Shown here: positions 60,887 to 64,000 of the stretch, in pieces
Numbering within the stretch: the first letter of the stretch is position 1
Layout of the letters: every line of letters starts with the position of its first letter
Assembly: GCA_965218785.1 (NCBI GenBank)
Contig: OZ244650.1
Span: 1,632,001 to 1,696,000, forward strand
Direction of reading: 5' to 3'
Source of the DNA: Nitrosopumilus sp.
Lineage (GTDB): Archaea > Thermoproteota > Nitrososphaeria > Nitrososphaerales > Nitrosopumilaceae
DNA length: 64,000 bases
Translations under genes and position numbers: made by a program
The notes under the pieces: model-generated
Database searches by the model: none
The model's input: the letters and a program-made list of their open reading frames with translations, nothing else
Told to the model about the DNA's origin: nothing

Positions 60887-62764
60887 ATGAATTCAAAGCT
60901 GCACCCCGTGGTTAATTTTTCTCTAAAAAAAGAAGTGTTTTTTGTAGCCATAGGCTCAGTTATTGGCGCATTTACAATGCATTTACCAAGAATATTTTTG
61001 GATTTGGTTGGCGATTCATCATATCTTGTAACTTTACTGGTATCTGCCCAGGTTGTAAATTCCACCGAACCTATTGTAGGGTTTTTACTGCATATTTTTG
61101 TTGCAACAACAATCGGAATTATCACCGGTGTTTTGTTACACAAGGTAATCAAATTTAATCTTTCAAAGATTACTGCGGGGCTTGTTTATGGAATGATTGC
61201 CGGAATTGTGGTCTTTGTTGTTTTTGCAATTCCGGTATCTCAGTTACTGCTAGGTCCAAATACCGCAGAAATATTGTCGGAGATCAACCCACAGATATCC
61301 TATGCTGAAGCACTCGAGGAAGTTGAACGTGGTTTTGTCACTCAAATGTTCAATTCGTTGATGATGCATATCATTTGGGGTCTCACATTGGGAATAATTT
61401 CATCGCTTTTTACACGTAAGATTGGAGCCAATTATTTATGCAGGACGTGTAACATTGAATTTTCAAAACTTCAAACATGGAAACATCACCAGAAACACGT
61501 ACATGAGAATCCATCACCTTCGATGAAGAAAATTCTCATTGTTGGAGGCGGATATGCAGGCGTTGGAGTACTAGATAAGATCCAAAAGCAGTTTCAAGAT
61601 GATGTGAATGTTAGTATCTCTATTGTTTCGGAGAACAATTTCTTTCTTCACACTCCAATGTTGCCGGAGCTTTCCACTGGAACCATTGAGCCGCGCCATA
61701 TTGCCACGCCAATTAGAAATTTCTGTAAAAGAGCCAGGTTTTATCAAGCAAAAGTAACCAATATTGACTTGGAAAAAAAAATTGTATACAGTAATACGGC
61801 AACCGGGGAAATGAGGCTAGAATATGATTATCTGGTAATTGCTGCTGGAACCAAGACCGGATTTTTTGGGAATGAAAATTTAAAGAAATATTCCGTCACA
61901 ATAAAGACCCTAGAGGATGCCAGTATCATCCGAAATCAGATTATTAGACAGTTAGAGTTGGCCGATCAGCAAGAGATCTCAGAACAGCCTCAGCTTTTAT
62001 CATTTGTCATAGTCGGTGGCGGATTTTCCGGAGTAGAGACTGCAGGAGAGATAAACGAGTTTATCCGAGAATCAGCTGAGAAATATTACAGAAACATTGA
62101 ACCTGATTCCATTCAAGTAAACCTGATTGCCGCAAGGGATCATATCCTACCTGAAATTGGATCTCTGGGAGGATACGCTGCAAAATCCTTGGAGAAATCC
62201 GGCGTAAATATAATTTACAATACCAAGGTGACTAATGCCGATGTTTCACAAATATTTCTCAGTGATGATAGTTCATTACACTATTCCATGCTGGTATGGG
62301 CCGGTGGAAATGAATCCCAGGATTTTGTGCAATCACTAGATAGCGAGCATGATAAATCCGGCAGGCTGGTAGTTGACAAATATCTACGATTACCAAAACA
62401 TACGAATGTATTTGCATTAGGGGATTGCGCATGCATTTTAGATTCTAAAAACAAGCCATATCCTCCGACTGCCCAGCATGCAATAAGGGAGGCAAATACT
62501 GCATCAAAAAATTTAATATCATCACTTTCTCAGAGTAACAAATTTTCAATCTTTGATTATTCATCAAAGGGATCTATGGCAAAAATTGGAAAACGTGATG
62601 GGGTTGCAAGGATGTTTGGAATTAATCTAACCGGATTTGCAGCCTGGTTTGTATGGAAGCAATACTATTTGTCAACCCTTCCGGTAATGGAGAAACGGAT
62701 TAGAGTGAGTCTTGATTGGTTTATAGATCTTTTCTTTCCTCGTGATATTACCAAATTAAATTAA
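60887..62764 (+). CDS. NDH-2-like FAD oxidoreductase with N-terminal membrane domain and C2H2 zinc finger
   Basis: TMs; CRTC...HQKHVH; GGGYAG, GGGFSGVE.AGE, FALGDC, PPTAQHA. Confidence 0.9.
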   Translation: MNSKLHPVVNFSLKKEVFFVAIGSVIGAFTMHLPRIFLDLVGDSSYLVTLLVSAQVVNSTEPIVGFLLHIFVATTIGIITGVLLHKVIKFNLSKITAGLVYGMIAGIVVFVVFAIPVSQLLLGPNTAEILSEINPQISYAEALEEVERGFVTQMFNSLMMHIIWGLTLGIISSLFTRKIGANYLCRTCNIEFSKLQTWKHHQKHVHENPSPSMKKILIVGGGYAGVGVLDKIQKQFQDDVNVSISIVSENNFFLHTPMLPELSTGTIEPRHIATPIRNFCKRARFYQAKVTNIDLEKKIVYSNTATGEMRLEYDYLVIAAGTKTGFFGNENLKKYSVTIKTLEDASIIRNQIIRQLELADQQEISEQPQLLSFVIVGGGFSGVETAGEINEFIRESAEKYYRNIEPDSIQVNLIAARDHILPEIGSLGGYAAKSLEKSGVNIIYNTKVTNADVSQIFLSDDSSLHYSMLVWAGGNESQDFVQSLDSEHDKSGRLVVDKYLRLPKHTNVFALGDCACILDSKNKPYPPTAQHAIREANTASKNLISSLSQSNKFSIFDYSSKGSMAKIGKRDGVARMFGINLTGFAAWFVWKQYYLSTLPVMEKRIRVSLDWFIDLFFPRDITKLN

Positions 62765-63097
62765 CCCTCATCCTGTAATTACAGCCGGTTTCACAACTGC
62801 ATTTACAAGTTACATTTACTGGAACATAGATCGGATCAATCATAAAATAACAGGAACCACTCCTTTTTTTACGATTGTCTGTCGTTTCTATTCATAAAAT
62901 AACGGCCAGGTTGCTGATCCTCGACTAATTTGCCCCTTATCACTAACTGATTGCTTAACAGACGGACCTGCCTTCAAAATCTGAGACGGTTATCAATCCA
63001 TGGTTGAGTGAACATTTAGATGACAAATATTTTCTGAACATTTTAAATATTAATTTGGGCTATCATTTGAATATCATATGCTGTACCAGGAAGGAGA

Positions 63098-63928
63098 ATG
63101 AAAAACATTCCATATGGGCCGATTCTTGCATCAATTCTTGTTGTATCAGTTTTCGTCATGATTGATTCGACATATGATGCATCAGCATACAAATCTAAAA
63201 AAAACTCATCATTTCTCAAATCTGTAGATACTGCCAAAACCCAATTGAACAAATTCTCCAATTACATTCATTTGCAGCAAGAGTGGAATAGCTACCCCTC
63301 CAATATCATTTTTGATGTGTCTGTTTTTTGGAAGAATGATAACTCTTTACCGCATACAGAATCCTTTGGCGGTGCCAACAACAGAATCAACAACCTGCAG
63401 TATCTGGGAGACAAATCATACGTTGAAGTTCAGTATGACTATCTAGATTGTGACTACCAGTGGATTCATTATATCAGATATGGGTTGGATGTATTAAATT
63501 CCAAGATGGATTACTGGTCAGGAAGGCAGCTGGGTTCTGAATACGATTCTGCATTGTTTGTCAAAATTCCAGGTACTGAGAGTCCTTCACGATCAGATTC
63601 TCCGGTTTTTCTCCAGTTCATCCCATTATGCACATCCAAAGATATGACATCGTTTGAATACGGCATAAGAATTAACGATAAAAATATAGGATTTGACGTG
63701 TATTTTGTCCCGTCAATTCAAGAAAGATTAAATTTTCTTACTGATGAGGGATTTGAATATTACGCCGGCGAGGAATGCTCCGGATTAGGTTATACTAGTT
63801 TTAGCGGAACTTGTACTAATGTGGGACAAGACAGCGGATTGTTAATTGTAATTCCCGACAAATTAGAAAAGCCGCTCACCAAGGTATCTGTAAAGCTCAA
63901 AGAAGTTAAACATGATGACCCAGTCTAA
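63098..63928 (+). CDS. Secreted/membrane-anchored hypothetical protein
   Basis: N-terminal TM and Cys-containing extracellular domain. Confidence 0.8.
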   Translation: MKNIPYGPILASILVVSVFVMIDSTYDASAYKSKKNSSFLKSVDTAKTQLNKFSNYIHLQQEWNSYPSNIIFDVSVFWKNDNSLPHTESFGGANNRINNLQYLGDKSYVEVQYDYLDCDYQWIHYIRYGLDVLNSKMDYWSGRQLGSEYDSALFVKIPGTESPSRSDSPVFLQFIPLCTSKDMTSFEYGIRINDKNIGFDVYFVPSIQERLNFLTDEGFEYYAGEECSGLGYTSFSGTCTNVGQDSGLLIVIPDKLEKPLTKVSVKLKEVKHDDPV

Positions 63929-64000
63929 CTGCCACACCGGTGGGCGCAGTCTATCATATAACAACGGCAGAAGGTGGTTGGAACACCACGATATCCCATT

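Overview
This window is from the chromosome of an ammonia-oxidising archaeon (Nitrosopumilaceae-like Thaumarchaeota/Nitrososphaerota), judged from gene content (archaeal histone, L15e/S17e, topo VI, aIF-2beta, cupredoxins, HP/HB-cycle-type enoyl-CoA hydratase). It is mostly housekeeping backbone: top6AB, KH/RIO1, uppS, pyrF, purA, sua5/THUMP/Cgi121, PMM, thiL, ilvE, aspartate kinase and three tRNAs (Cys, Thr, Val). It also holds a complete urea-utilisation locus (dur3, ureABC, ureEFGD). Small accessory patches interrupt the backbone. These are a MoxR-DUF58-VWA(Bat-like) operon with a broken surface-protein gene, an orphan ParB gene between ~100-bp direct repeats, and a Panacea/SocA-like + PIN pair. 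There is also a ~3.6-kb island bounded by tRNA-Thr and a decayed copy of its 3' half, containing genes joined by a shared ATGAAAACTAGA junction motif. Two more patches are a toxin/immunity-like remnant inside the urease locus and an integrase remnant after tRNA-Val. A structured, apparently promoter-driven non-coding element lies at 57.64-57.73 kb. Several small genes missed by the ORF track were read by hand. All family assignments come from motif recognition, not database searches.
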